Shown: in pieces, positions 50,348 to 60,455 of the stretch
Layout: the number at the start of each line of letters is the position of its first letter
How positions within the stretch are numbered: the stretch's first letter is position 1
Position numbers and translations under genes: made by a program
DNA from: a bacterium
GTDB taxonomy: Bacteria > Zhuqueibacterota > Zhuqueibacteria > Oceanimicrobiales > Oceanimicrobiaceae
NCBI GenBank assembly: GCA_046757025.1
Contig: JBHHXN010000006.1
Span: 1-64,000 of the forward strand
Direction: 5' to 3'
Length of the DNA stretch: 64,000 nucleotides
The notes under the pieces: generated by a model
Told to the model about the DNA's origin: nothing
Databases searched by the model: none
Seen by the model: the letters and a program-made list of their open reading frames with translations, nothing else

Positions 50348-51725
50348 ATTTAAAAAACATCTCGAGCAAAATCGTTTCTTTACCGTTGGAGATAAAATTC
50401 TGCTGGCGGTGTCCGGTGGCATGGACTCGGTGGCCATGCTGCATCTGTTTTATCGATTGAAGAACCAATTGCAGTTGCAATTTAGCATCGTACATGTGCA
50501 TCACGGCATCAGAGGGGCGGAGGCGGACGAGGATCTGGAATTTGTAAGGAAATTGGCCGAAAACTACCAAATGCCGTTTTATTTTCGCAAGGTGGATGCG
50601 GTAAAGTATGCCTCCATAAACCGGCTATCTCTCGAAGAAGGCGCGCGGGAATTGCGCTATCAGGCCTATGCAGAAGTGTTGAGGGAAAGTGGCAGCCTGA
50701 AAGTGGCGACAGCCCACAACGCGAACGATCAAGCAGAGACCGTTTTAGATCGCCTGCTGCGCGGTAGCGGAATTTCTGGGTTGTGTGGAATTCCAGCAGT
50801 GCGGGGGCGGTATTTTCGACCGCTGTTGATTTTTGATCGCACTGAAATCGAAAATTATGTGCAGCAACTAAATCTAAGTTACCGGCAAGATTCAAGCAAT
50901 CGCGATTTGCGCTTCAAACGAAATCGTATCAGGAATACGTTAATGCCATATTTAACTGCTAATTTCAATCCCAATTTGGTTGCAACGCTTTGCCGTATGG
51001 GGAAGATTTTTACTGAAAATGAACGTTATCTTCGCGTCCAGTCTAAACAGGCCTTTAAATCCTTAGTTTTGTTACACAAAAAAAATGAAATAGTTCTTGA
51101 TATTGTTGGATTTTTAAATTATTTTGAAATAATACAAAAATATATTTTAATTGAGGCATGTGAAGCCCTAAATATAAAAAAAATTGCTCTTACTTTTGAT
51201 AAATTAGAAAGCATTGTTACGCTCATAAAAAATCGCAACATTGGAAAAAAAGTCGCCATAAATAAACAATTTCAGCTCAGTATTGACCACGACGGGATTG
51301 TCATAAACCAGAGCAAAGAAAAGCCGTCGGTACTCAAATTAAACTTACTAAAAGAGACATCCTGCAATTATCAGAATTATGAACTTCATTGGAAGATTTA
51401 CAAAAGAACCTCAAAATTACAATTAAACCAAATAAAAAACGCGGAAGTAGTCGATTTTGATAAAGCTGGCAGTCGATTATTGTTGAGAACATTGCAACCA
51501 GGAGATAGATTTATTCCGCTAAATTTTACCGGACATAAAAAGGTTTCTGACTATTTTTCCGATCAAAAAATACCTCATCATTTACGAACAGAAATTCCTA
51601 TTTTAGAAGCACCCACTGGCATTATTTGGATATGTGGTCATTGCATTGATGATCGCTTTAAGGTGACCAGTGAAACATCAAAAATACTTAAATTGGAGTT
51701 AGTGGAACCCATCAATGCAGAATGA
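50337..51725 (+). CDS. tilS: tRNA(Ile)-lysidine synthetase
   Basis: AVSGGMDS, TAHNANDQAET, RPLL, RNRIR; precedes hpt-ftsH. Confidence 0.95.
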   Translation: MVDKFKKHLEQNRFFTVGDKILLAVSGGMDSVAMLHLFYRLKNQLQLQFSIVHVHHGIRGAEADEDLEFVRKLAENYQMPFYFRKVDAVKYASINRLSLEEGARELRYQAYAEVLRESGSLKVATAHNANDQAETVLDRLLRGSGISGLCGIPAVRGRYFRPLLIFDRTEIENYVQQLNLSYRQDSSNRDLRFKRNRIRNTLMPYLTANFNPNLVATLCRMGKIFTENERYLRVQSKQAFKSLVLLHKKNEIVLDIVGFLNYFEIIQKYILIEACEALNIKKIALTFDKLESIVTLIKNRNIGKKVAINKQFQLSIDHDGIVINQSKEKPSVLKLNLLKETSCNYQNYELHWKIYKRTSKLQLNQIKNAEVVDFDKAGSRLLLRTLQPGDRFIPLNFTGHKKVSDYFSDQKIPHHLRTEIPILEAPTGIIWICGHCIDDRFKVTSETSKILKLELVEPINAE

Positions 51726-52263
51726 AGAAACCCAAAAATTTTTTAAAAGCAATAATTATGAAATCCTGCTGACTCGGGCACAGATTGAAGCGAAAGTCAA
51801 AGAGCTGGGGGAGCAAATATCCCGGGATTATGAGGGTAAATGTCCTATTTTGATCGGGGTTTTGAACGGTAGTTTCATTTTCTGTGCGGATCTCTTTCGC
51901 GAAATCTCCATCGATTGTGAAGTGGATTTTATTAAAATCTCAAGTTATGGCGATAAAACCGAAACATCTGGTGTGGTAAAGTTGTTGAAAGATATTGACG
52001 CTCATTTAAAGGACAGACACGTCGTGGTTGTGGAAGATATCGTCGATTCCGGATACTCTGTGCAATATTTAGAAAATAGAATGAAAATGGCGAATCCCAA
52101 ATCGTTAAAATTCGTTTCATTATTGGTTAAAGAAGGCGGTAAGCAGGTTCCGTACGAAATAGATTACATCGGATTCAAAATACCGAATCGATTTGTGGTC
52201 GGATATGGGTTGGATTATGCACAAAAATTCCGAAATTTACGAGATATTTATTTAATGGATTAG
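51715..52263 (+). CDS. hpt: Hypoxanthine phosphoribosyltransferase
   Basis: VVVEDIVDSG, FVVGYGLDY. Confidence 0.95.
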   Translation: MQNEETQKFFKSNNYEILLTRAQIEAKVKELGEQISRDYEGKCPILIGVLNGSFIFCADLFREISIDCEVDFIKISSYGDKTETSGVVKLLKDIDAHLKDRHVVVVEDIVDSGYSVQYLENRMKMANPKSLKFVSLLVKEGGKQVPYEIDYIGFKIPNRFVVGYGLDYAQKFRNLRDIYLMD

Positions 52264-52297
52264 CAACAAAATCAACGTTAACAAGGAATAGAAGATT

Positions 52298-54310
52298 TTG
52301 AATAAAAAAGAAAGCAGAAATCAACATTCGCCCAACCGAAAGAATCAGAAAAAGGATGAAAATTTTCAATGGAAGAAAGCCACTCGCACCTTGACATTTT
52401 GGTTGATCATCATCTTTCTCTCGATATTTTTATCTCAAACCTGGAATTTCAATGAACGCGGTGAAGTTGAGATCTCTTATTCACAATTCATGGAGCATCT
52501 CAAAAATAATCAGATTATTGACGCCATCGTTGAAAACAAGGAATTTCATGGCAAGTTAGCCAGCGAAGCCAGTCATGATTTCAATGGAAAAAGAGAAATC
52601 TACACCAAATTTAAGACCACTTTGCCAGAAGCTCCTACCGAAGAGACGGCTCAGCTTTGGTTAGAAGAATATCATCTGACCCTAAAATTTAAAGAAATCT
52701 CCAACGATTGGTGGAGTTATCTGCTCAATCTCTTGCCCTGGGTGCTGTTCGGGGTGTTCTGGATTTTTTTATTGCGGCGAATGCAAGGCGGAGGAGCCAA
52801 AGGTATTTTTACTTTTGGCAAGTCAAAAGCAAAACTGCTCACGGAAAATCAGGCCCGGGTGACGTTTGAACATGTCGCAGGTGCGGATGAAGCTAAACAA
52901 GAATTGCGGGAAATCATCGAATTTCTGAAGGAACCGGAAAAATTTCAAAAGCTGGGCGGTAAAATTCCAAAGGGCGCCTTGTTGTTGGGACCGCCCGGAA
53001 CGGGAAAAACGCTGTTGGCCAAAGCCGTGGCTGGCGAAGCTGGCGTGCCGTTTTTTAGTATGTCCGGCGCTGATTTTGTCGAAATGTTTGTGGGAGTGGG
53101 TGCTTCGCGCGTGCGCGACCTGTTTGAGCAGGGGAAGAAAAATGCCCCTTGCATCATCTTCATCGATGAAGTGGATGCCGTTGGCCGACATCGCGGAGCT
53201 GGTTTGGGCGGGGGACACGACGAACGCGAGCAGACGCTGAATCAGCTTTTAGTAGAAATGGATGGTTTTGATTCCAACGAAGGTGTTATTTTGATTGCGG
53301 CCACTAACCGGCCGGATGTGTTGGATCACGCACTGCTGCGGCCGGGTCGATTTGACCGACGTATTGTGGTGGATTGGCCGGACTTGCGCGGCAGAGAGGG
53401 CATTTTACGAGTGCATTCAAAAAATATTCCACTATCAAAAGATGTCAACCTGCCCAATCTGGCCAAAGGCACGCCGGGATTTTCGGGTGCGGATCTGGCC
53501 AATTTGGTTAACGAAGCGGCGCTTGCGGCTGCCCGCCAGAACAAAGACTTCGTTGAAATGAGGGATCTGGAGGAAGCCAAAGATAAAGTGATGATGGGCG
53601 CCGAACGCCGAAGCATGCTTATCAGTGATTATGAAAAAAAGGTCACGGCTTATCATGAAGCCGGGCACGTGTTGGTGGCGAAATATTCGCCCAGCTCGGA
53701 CCCGGTTTACAAGGTCACCATAATTCCGAGAGGCCGTGCGCTCGGTCTGATGACCTCATTGCCCGAAGATGAGAAGCACAGTTATTCCAAAGCCTATTGG
53801 GAATCTCGCATTGCCATTGCCCTGGGCGGTCGCGCTGCTGAAAAGCTGGTCATGAACGAGCTTACTACCGGCGCAGGCAATGATTTAGAAAAAGCATCGG
53901 ATATTGCCAGAAAAATGGTGTGTGAATGGGGGATGAGTGAAAAATTAGGCCCCCTGACTTTTGGCAAAAAAGAAGAAGAGATCTTTCTTGGAAGAGAAAT
54001 TGCCAAGCATCGTGATTACAGCGAAAATACCGCGCAGATTATCGATGCGGAAGTGACCCGGATTGTCACAACCGCAGAAAGACAGGCCGAAGGCATTCTC
54101 AATAAACATATCGACAAACTGCACGCTTTGTCGAAAGCGTTGCTTGAACGGGAAGTTCTGGACGGCGATGAAATCAATCAGGTGCTCAACGGCCAAACTT
54201 TGAAACCCATGAAAAGTAAAAACGAGCCTAAAAAAGCCAAATCACGAAAAAAAAAACGAAGTGGTCAGCGACTTGAATTAGATGCGCAACCTTTGGAGAA
54301 AAAAATGTAA
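52298..54310 (+). CDS. ftsH: ATP-dependent zinc metalloprotease FtsH
   Basis: [26 protein letters not shown]; two N-terminal TMs. Confidence 0.98.
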   Translation: MNKKESRNQHSPNRKNQKKDENFQWKKATRTLTFWLIIIFLSIFLSQTWNFNERGEVEISYSQFMEHLKNNQIIDAIVENKEFHGKLASEASHDFNGKREIYTKFKTTLPEAPTEETAQLWLEEYHLTLKFKEISNDWWSYLLNLLPWVLFGVFWIFLLRRMQGGGAKGIFTFGKSKAKLLTENQARVTFEHVAGADEAKQELREIIEFLKEPEKFQKLGGKIPKGALLLGPPGTGKTLLAKAVAGEAGVPFFSMSGADFVEMFVGVGASRVRDLFEQGKKNAPCIIFIDEVDAVGRHRGAGLGGGHDEREQTLNQLLVEMDGFDSNEGVILIAATNRPDVLDHALLRPGRFDRRIVVDWPDLRGREGILRVHSKNIPLSKDVNLPNLAKGTPGFSGADLANLVNEAALAAARQNKDFVEMRDLEEAKDKVMMGAERRSMLISDYEKKVTAYHEAGHVLVAKYSPSSDPVYKVTIIPRGRALGLMTSLPEDEKHSYSKAYWESRIAIALGGRAAEKLVMNELTTGAGNDLEKASDIARKMVCEWGMSEKLGPLTFGKKEEEIFLGREIAKHRDYSENTAQIIDAEVTRIVTTAERQAEGILNKHIDKLHALSKALLEREVLDGDEINQVLNGQTLKPMKSKNEPKKAKSRKKKRSGQRLELDAQPLEKKM

Positions 54311-54313
54311 CAA

Positions 54314-55921
54314 ATGCTTTCAACCCCTTTGAACATACCGGACGCGCTGCTTATCTTTATAGTCTTGGGTGTATTTTGTGGAATCACCGTCTGGTATTTA
54401 TTGAAATTCTTAAAAATAAAAAACAGAATGAGGTACACAGCAGTTGGCTTGCTTACGCTCATTCTGTTTTTTTTTGTTTTATTCCATCCTTTAACTGAAA
54501 AGTTCGCGACAAAGGCTCCTCAAAGATTTGCTGTTTTCCCCTTTTTAAAAATTTCAAATGGTAAAAGCGTGTGGTCATGGGAAAGTCTGGCCTTGGCAGA
54601 TTTACCAATCAGGATGCTGCAACCGTTGGAATCAGAAAAAAGATTATTTTACGAACCGATGGCCATTGCGCATGCAGCCATACTCGACTCCCTGGAATTC
54701 CCTTTTTACGCGAAAGATTTTGCAGAACGTGTCAATCTCGACCTGGCGGTGTTCGGTCGTTTCCGTCAGCGTGGGACTGAATTAACGGTGGAATATCAAA
54801 TCTACGATGTAAAACAACAAATAGAATGCTCTAATCGAAAAACTATAATCGATGAAAACGGCCTTTTCAAATACGGCAGACGTTTGAGCGAAGATTTGCT
54901 CAAATTCATTGTGCAAGGGCCTAATTCAGTTTCTTATCAAATTGTGGAAACGAATTATTTGGCTGAGGCTAATTATTACAATTCTTTGTTGTACGAGCTA
55001 AATGGGCAGCTTGACAGGGCGTTACAATTGGCGCAGGAAGCGGTTAAAATGGATAGCTTGCCGGTTTATTTGAATCGCTACGCTGAATTGCTGCTGAACA
55101 CGGCTGAGCGCCGAAAAAATTCTGGCGGGGAGCCGGTTGCCGAATTTAAGAGGATTCGCGATGTACTGCAGCGATCACTGGCCATCGACGAAAACAACAG
55201 CAAAACCCTGCGCTTAAAGGGGGAGCTTTATCTGGCCAATGAACGATGGAGCCAGGCTGAAACCGCGCTAAAACTCAGTCATCAGCATAACCCATTCGAT
55301 GCACGAACTTACCTGGATTTCACGCGTTTGCATAAAACCCGATATGCCGGGCTTGGATATAAAAATGAAGGCGCCTTGCTCGAACGTGCAATTCACCTGG
55401 ATCCGTATTTTACATTAGGCTATTTGAATCTGGCTAATTTTTACACATCAAAAAATCGTCTGCATCTCGCTTTGCACACGCTGCAAAAACTTTTGAGAAT
55501 CAATCCCATTTCCGTGGACGGCCTGATGGCCTTGGGGCAAGTGTATCTGTCCCAAAACGATTTATTAAATGTGTTAGAAACCTATCAAAAAGTGGTGGAA
55601 TTAACGCCTGAAAACAGCGATGTTTATTACAACATCGGCATTGTGTATTATCATCAAAAAGACTACGAAAATGCCATTAAATATTTTAAATACGCCATTG
55701 AATTAGACGATCACCTTGATTCTCATTTATATCTTGCTTATATTTATGAAATAAAGGGCGATTTCGACCGTGCGATTCCTTTGCTGCAATCACGAATCCG
55801 TAAACGCCGGGGAGAGGACGATACATTCGCTGAAGAAGCTCGAAAACACCTTTACAAAATCATGCAGGAACGCGGAGTCATCGATTCTCTGCAATCTGAT
55901 CATAAACGTTCAATCCAATAG
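54314..55921 (+). CDS. Membrane-anchored TPR protein
   Basis: Two N-terminal TMs; FAVFPF domain; TPRs such as DVYYNIGIVYYHQKDYENAIKYFKYAIELD. Confidence 0.8.
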   Translation: MLSTPLNIPDALLIFIVLGVFCGITVWYLLKFLKIKNRMRYTAVGLLTLILFFFVLFHPLTEKFATKAPQRFAVFPFLKISNGKSVWSWESLALADLPIRMLQPLESEKRLFYEPMAIAHAAILDSLEFPFYAKDFAERVNLDLAVFGRFRQRGTELTVEYQIYDVKQQIECSNRKTIIDENGLFKYGRRLSEDLLKFIVQGPNSVSYQIVETNYLAEANYYNSLLYELNGQLDRALQLAQEAVKMDSLPVYLNRYAELLLNTAERRKNSGGEPVAEFKRIRDVLQRSLAIDENNSKTLRLKGELYLANERWSQAETALKLSHQHNPFDARTYLDFTRLHKTRYAGLGYKNEGALLERAIHLDPYFTLGYLNLANFYTSKNRLHLALHTLQKLLRINPISVDGLMALGQVYLSQNDLLNVLETYQKVVELTPENSDVYYNIGIVYYHQKDYENAIKYFKYAIELDDHLDSHLYLAYIYEIKGDFDRAIPLLQSRIRKRRGEDDTFAEEARKHLYKIMQERGVIDSLQSDHKRSIQ

Positions 55922-56782
55922 ATGTCTGACCATTGTAAACTGAATTGTGGCGGGAAAGAGCTGAATTTAGGCAGCCGCACACACTTGATGGGCATCGTAA
56001 ATTGTACGCCGGATTCCTTTTACTCAGCCAGCCGGCATACATCTGTCCGAAGTGCCGTGAAAGCCGGCGTAGAAATGGTTAAAGCCGGAGCGGATTTTCT
56101 CGATATCGGCGGAGAATCGACGCGGCCAGGAGCAAAAAAAGTTTCAGCAGAAGAGGAAATTCGAAGAGTGGTTCCCGTGATCAAAGAACTCAGTTCCGTG
56201 GTGGATGTACCTCTGTCTGTGGATACATATAAGTCAAAGGTGGCCCGACTGGTGCTTGAAGCGGGTGCGAGCATGATCAACGATATCAGTGCTTTGCAAT
56301 TTGACCCGGAGATGGCAGCGGTAGCGGCGGAATTTGAAGTGCCGGTGGTGCTCATGCACATCAAAGGTACACCGCAAAATATGCAGAACCATCCTGAATA
56401 TGAAAATGTCATCGATGAAATTGTTTCTTACTTCGAACGAAGAATAGAATTTGCTTTAAGTCAAGGGATTAAATTTGAAAATATCATATTAGATCCGGGC
56501 ATTGGCTTTGGGAAACGCTTGCAGGATAATTATCAAATACTCCGAGAATTGGCTGTTTTCAAAAAAATGTCGCGTCCGATTTTAGTGGGCATTTCTCGCA
56601 AATCATTTATCGGGCGGGTGCTTGGCAAGCCACCCGAAGAATCGCTTGCGGGTTCCATGGCGGCATCCACGCTGGCGATCTTGAATAGCGCTGACATTTT
56701 GCGTGTGCACGATGTCAAGCCAATGAAAGAAGTTGTCACTATCGCAGATCAATTTGTTCACAAAATGAATCATGTGAATTGA
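55922..56782 (+). CDS. folP: Dihydropteroate synthase
   Basis: MGIVNCTPDSF, DIGGESTRPG, DPGIGFGK, SRKSF, RVHDV. Confidence 0.95.
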   Translation: MSDHCKLNCGGKELNLGSRTHLMGIVNCTPDSFYSASRHTSVRSAVKAGVEMVKAGADFLDIGGESTRPGAKKVSAEEEIRRVVPVIKELSSVVDVPLSVDTYKSKVARLVLEAGASMINDISALQFDPEMAAVAAEFEVPVVLMHIKGTPQNMQNHPEYENVIDEIVSYFERRIEFALSQGIKFENIILDPGIGFGKRLQDNYQILRELAVFKKMSRPILVGISRKSFIGRVLGKPPEESLAGSMAASTLAILNSADILRVHDVKPMKEVVTIADQFVHKMNHVN

Positions 56783-56783
56783 T

Positions 56784-57587
56784 ATGAGCGGTCAGCTAAC
56801 CATTTATAAAATCGGCTTTATCAAAATAACCGTCTTTGATCTTCTCGATATTTTTGTCATTTTTTACATTCTCTATAAATTGTACTGCTTTATGCGGGGC
56901 TCCCGCGCCGCGCAAATGTTAGTAGGACTGGTTTTAATCCTCATCATTTCTTTGCTGGCGCGTTTGTTCAACATGAGCGGCATGAGCTGGATTTTTGATA
57001 ATTTGAAAACCGTCTGGTTAATTGCCTTTGTGATTATTTTTCAGCCCGAGCTGCGACGCATGCTGATTTTTATCGGGCAGAGTCGAATTATCCGATATTT
57101 CATCAAAGTGTCCAGCAGCAAAACATTTGAGGAAGTGATCAAAGCTGCCGTTGAATTATCAAAGCGCCGGTATGGTGGCTTGATCGTGCTGACTCGCGAC
57201 ACCGGCATCAAATCCATCACGGAAACCGGCATAAAAATTCAGGCGGAAGTGTCGGCTCAGCTCATCGTCTCCCTGTTTAACACGCGCTCCCCGCTGCACG
57301 ACGGAGCGATAATTATTCAAAACGACATCATCGAAGCGGCGAAATGTATATTGCCGTTGAGCCAGGAGCAAAATATCGATCCGCACCTGGGAACCCGGCA
57401 TCGCGCTGCTCTGGGCATGGCGGAAGAGTCGGACGCGGTCGTGCTGGTCGTCTCTGAAGAAACCGGTAACATTTCTGTGGCTTTGGATGGGCGATTAATT
57501 CCGGATTTAGAAGAAGACGCCGTGCGAAATGTCCTGGAAAATGCCTTTAAATATTCAGCGGAAAAATCTTCCGTAAAAATGGAATAA
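56784..57587 (+). CDS. cdaA: Diadenylate cyclase CdaA/DacA
   Basis: Three TMs; FQPELRR, PLHDGA, LGTRHRAA, VSEETG. Confidence 0.93.
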   Translation: MSGQLTIYKIGFIKITVFDLLDIFVIFYILYKLYCFMRGSRAAQMLVGLVLILIISLLARLFNMSGMSWIFDNLKTVWLIAFVIIFQPELRRMLIFIGQSRIIRYFIKVSSSKTFEEVIKAAVELSKRRYGGLIVLTRDTGIKSITETGIKIQAEVSAQLIVSLFNTRSPLHDGAIIIQNDIIEAAKCILPLSQEQNIDPHLGTRHRAALGMAEESDAVVLVVSEETGNISVALDGRLIPDLEEDAVRNVLENAFKYSAEKSSVKME

Positions 57588-57669
57588 AGTTATTCACTGC
57601 AGTGAGGCCATTTACGCCATTCAAATATTCCAATTCCCAATCACCGTTTTTAGCATTCAAATCATTTAG

Positions 57670-58803
57670 ATGAAAAATTTCGAACTTAGTTTGATTAATA
57701 TAGCGATTTGTAAACGATTACTTGTAATTGCCATTGTACTGAGCACTATTTTGTTCAAATATTCGCTGGCCAGAGCGCACGATCTCAATTCCAGCTACAC
57801 GAGCATTGAAATTCAGGATAAGGCGCTAAAATGTCGGTTGATTTTTGATAAAACCGATCTGGAAAAGTTGTTCGATTTGGATGAGAATGGCGACGAGATT
57901 GTGACTAACGATGAATTGCTGATAAATGTGGCTGAATGCTACCAGTTTTTTGAAAACAAAATTTCCATCGTCATCGCGGGTAAAAAATTGTTCTTAGCAA
58001 GAGGAGACGGCTCCATTGTAGAAGATGGGCAGGGAAATATTTTTATGCAGCTTGATTTTACTAGTGAGCTGAAATTTCAACCGTGGAAAATAACTTTGAT
58101 TTTGGATTTTCTCGAGGAGTTTGGATTTCAGCACAAAAATTTGATCAAAGTGGTGCATCATTCGGAAATTCAGCAAGCGGTGTTAACCAGCGGTTATAAT
58201 AAAGAAACATTTGGTTTTGAGGGTCGCGATGTAAGGCTAAGCCAACAGGTCAAACAATTTGTTTGGCTGGGGATGGAACATATTTTTATCGGCTACGATC
58301 ATATTTTGTTTCTATTGGGTTTAATTGTCATCGGAGGGAGTTTCAAAAATCTCATTAAAATTGTCTCGTCGTTTACCGTTGCTCACAGCATCACCCTGGC
58401 GCTTGCGGCTTTGCAAATTGTTCAAATTCCGGGCAAAGTAGTGGAATCGGTCATCGCGTTGAGTATTGTGTACATTGCCGCGGAGAATTTTCTGATCAAA
58501 AACAGCGATCAGCGCTGGTTAATCACGTTTATTTTCGGACTCATGCACGGCTTCGGATTCGCCGGCGTGTTGACGGAGCTGGGACTTCCCACCAGCGGAC
58601 TGGTGGTGTCGCTCTTTTCATTCAATCTGGGCGTGGAATTCGGTCAAATCATGATCGTTTCTCTCACATTTCCTGTCATTGTTTTTTTTACCCGCACTCG
58701 GTGGCAAAAGCAGATCGTATTCGGGCTTTCTTCAATTATTCTGATTTTTGGATTGATCTGGTTTATCGAGCGCGTGTTTGAGTTCAATATTCCGCTCGTT
58801 TAA
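57670..58803 (+). CDS. HupE/UreJ-like membrane protein
   Basis: GMEHIFIGYDHILF, FTVAHSITL, FGLMHGFGFA, FNLGVEFGQ. Confidence 0.88.
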   Translation: MKNFELSLINIAICKRLLVIAIVLSTILFKYSLARAHDLNSSYTSIEIQDKALKCRLIFDKTDLEKLFDLDENGDEIVTNDELLINVAECYQFFENKISIVIAGKKLFLARGDGSIVEDGQGNIFMQLDFTSELKFQPWKITLILDFLEEFGFQHKNLIKVVHHSEIQQAVLTSGYNKETFGFEGRDVRLSQQVKQFVWLGMEHIFIGYDHILFLLGLIVIGGSFKNLIKIVSSFTVAHSITLALAALQIVQIPGKVVESVIALSIVYIAAENFLIKNSDQRWLITFIFGLMHGFGFAGVLTELGLPTSGLVVSLFSFNLGVEFGQIMIVSLTFPVIVFFTRTRWQKQIVFGLSSIILIFGLIWFIERVFEFNIPLV

Positions 58804-58866
58804 TCGGAATTCTTTGAAGACCAAAAGGGGTACTTAAAATATCCACCAGTTTTCCGACTTATTTTT

Positions 58867-59427
58867 TCACTTTTTCCAAAAGATATCTGTCACATCGTTT
58901 ACATGATTTTCATAGCGGGCAAATACGAACAATGCATCGGAAAGGCGATTCAGATAGGACAAAATCAGCGGGTTGATTTTTTCTGATTTGGATAACGTGA
59001 CGGTGTAGCGTTCCGCGCGCCGGCAGATGCAGCGTGCCTGATGCAGAACCGCGGCACACTGAGTGCCGCCGGGGAGAATGAAGTCCTGTAAAGGCGGTAA
59101 CTGGTGGTTGAATTTGTCGATGAGTTTTTCGAGAAAGGACTCGTGATCTGCGGTAACGCCCTCCACCGCGATTTTCTTTTTGTCTTCATCCAGCACGCAT
59201 AAGTCGCCGCCCAGTGTGAACAACTGATTCTGAATGGTTCTAAGGGCCTGATGGATTTCAGAGCACGGATGGAACGTCATGGCCAGTCCGATGACAGAAT
59301 TGAGTTCATCCACGGTGCCGTAGGCCTGAATGCGTGTGGCGTCTTTTGCGATTTTTTGTCCACCACCCAGGCGCGTTTCGCCGTCATCGCCCTGCTTAGT
59401 ATAAACTTTCGTTATTCGGTATTTCAT
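58867..59427 (-). CDS. ATP:cob(I)alamin adenosyltransferase (PduO type)
   Basis: YTKQGDDGET, YGTVDELNS, FILPGG, CRRAER, YLNRLSD. Confidence 0.93.
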   Translation of the reverse strand: MKYRITKVYTKQGDDGETRLGGGQKIAKDATRIQAYGTVDELNSVIGLAMTFHPCSEIHQALRTIQNQLFTLGGDLCVLDEDKKKIAVEGVTADHESFLEKLIDKFNHQLPPLQDFILPGGTQCAAVLHQARCICRRAERYTVTLSKSEKINPLILSYLNRLSDALFVFARYENHVNDVTDIFWKK

Positions 59428-59430
59428 GTT

Positions 59431-59610
59431 TTACTCCACCAGATTGGGTTTGATATCGCCGTAACCGACCGTCACGTTGTCGAGCGTGAAGAAATACGGT
59501 TCGCTCCAGCCGCGTTCGTGGCAGGCATGGTACTGGATTTGAAAATTACTTTCCTTGAGAAATAACTCGCACAGTGCTTGAATCGACCGGAGATTTCTTT
59601 TGGAAGCATT
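59431..59610 (-). pseudogene. Possible gene remnant without a start codon
   Basis: Open frame ...LCELFLKESNFQIQYHACHERGWSEPYFFTLDNVTVGYGDIKPNLVE* ends 3 nt before the adenosyltransferase start; upstream in-frame TGA and no ATG. Confidence 0.35.
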
Positions 59611-59733
59611 TATGTTTACATCATTCTTCCTTTTTCAAAATACCGCATAACCGCTATCTCATTTTGAAATTGAAGTTAGAACTATTAAACTCGTAACTTA
59701 AATCGTTTTTTCTAAAGGTAGCATAAAGCTATT

Positions 59734-59856
59734 TAGTGTCCATCCGTAAAGAGCTTTTTTTGTCATTCCCGCATCTTTAAGCGGGAATCCATTGGTGAGT
59801 TATGCACGAGATTCCCGATAACGGCACTCGGGAATGACGATTACGGATGGACACTA
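59734..59856. mobile_element. MITE-like element enclosing REP-like palindromes
   Basis: Perfect 16-bp TIR TAGTGTCCATCCGTAA / TTACGGATGGACACTA; inside GTCATTCCCGC...GCGGGAATC and GATTCCCGA...TCGGGAATGAC. Confidence 0.7.
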
Positions 59857-60048
59857 TTTAATGCCCGCAAAGTTGGAGATAAAATAGGGTTCATCCGGAT
59901 AATGTGTACTTTCGTCTCTTTTGTTGCGATAAGATATGCTCTATTACGGACAGAATAAAGGCGACCTCCGAAAGTATTCGTTTTGGCGTCAACCTAAAAT
60001 TAATGACCAATTTCAGCCATGTGTTTACCGAAAACCAAGCACCTTCTG

Positions 60049-60166
60049 GTTCCAAAATTTCTATTTTGGAACGCAAGTATGGAGAAACCCAATTTCGGAA
60101 GACTCCTTTAATAGCAGAAACAAAGTTTCTTGAGAAAGTTTGTTCCCAAACTGGAGTTTGGGAACA
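60049..60166. repeat. REP-like palindrome doublet
   Basis: GTTCCAAAAT-TTCT-ATTTTGGAAC and TGTTCCCAAACT-GG-AGTTTGGGAACA. Confidence 0.6.
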
Positions 60167-60455
60167 AGGATTTTTTCTTAGGTTGACGCGAATTCGAAAG
60201 TATCCGGGACTCGCAGAGAAACGACCGGCCTTGATTTGGGTCTTCACTTTGCATGCCGTTCGTCAATACAAAAGAAAGAGAAAGAATCAAAAAACCATTT
60301 CATGTTTTTTGAGCAGTCTTTACACAGCGCGTCAAAAGTACGCATTTTTCGGATGAGAATAAAATAGCATGAATATAAACTGAAATCAAGCAAAATGTCT
60401 TGACATTTAGTTGTGGACGTATTATTTTAAAAACTGCGAAACAGGAGAGGAGAGC

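Noticed and set aside
49379..50437. 352-aa antisense ORF
   Set aside because: Shadow of the M20 amidohydrolase and tilS, with no recognisable motifs
51000..51700. AT-rich 3' half of tilS as a sign of horizontal transfer
   Set aside because: The frame is intact, the C-terminal TilS domain is normally variable, and there are no mobility signatures
59891..60356. ORFs of 118-150 aa in the intergenic region
   Set aside because: They run through REP-like palindromes and have no protein-like motifs
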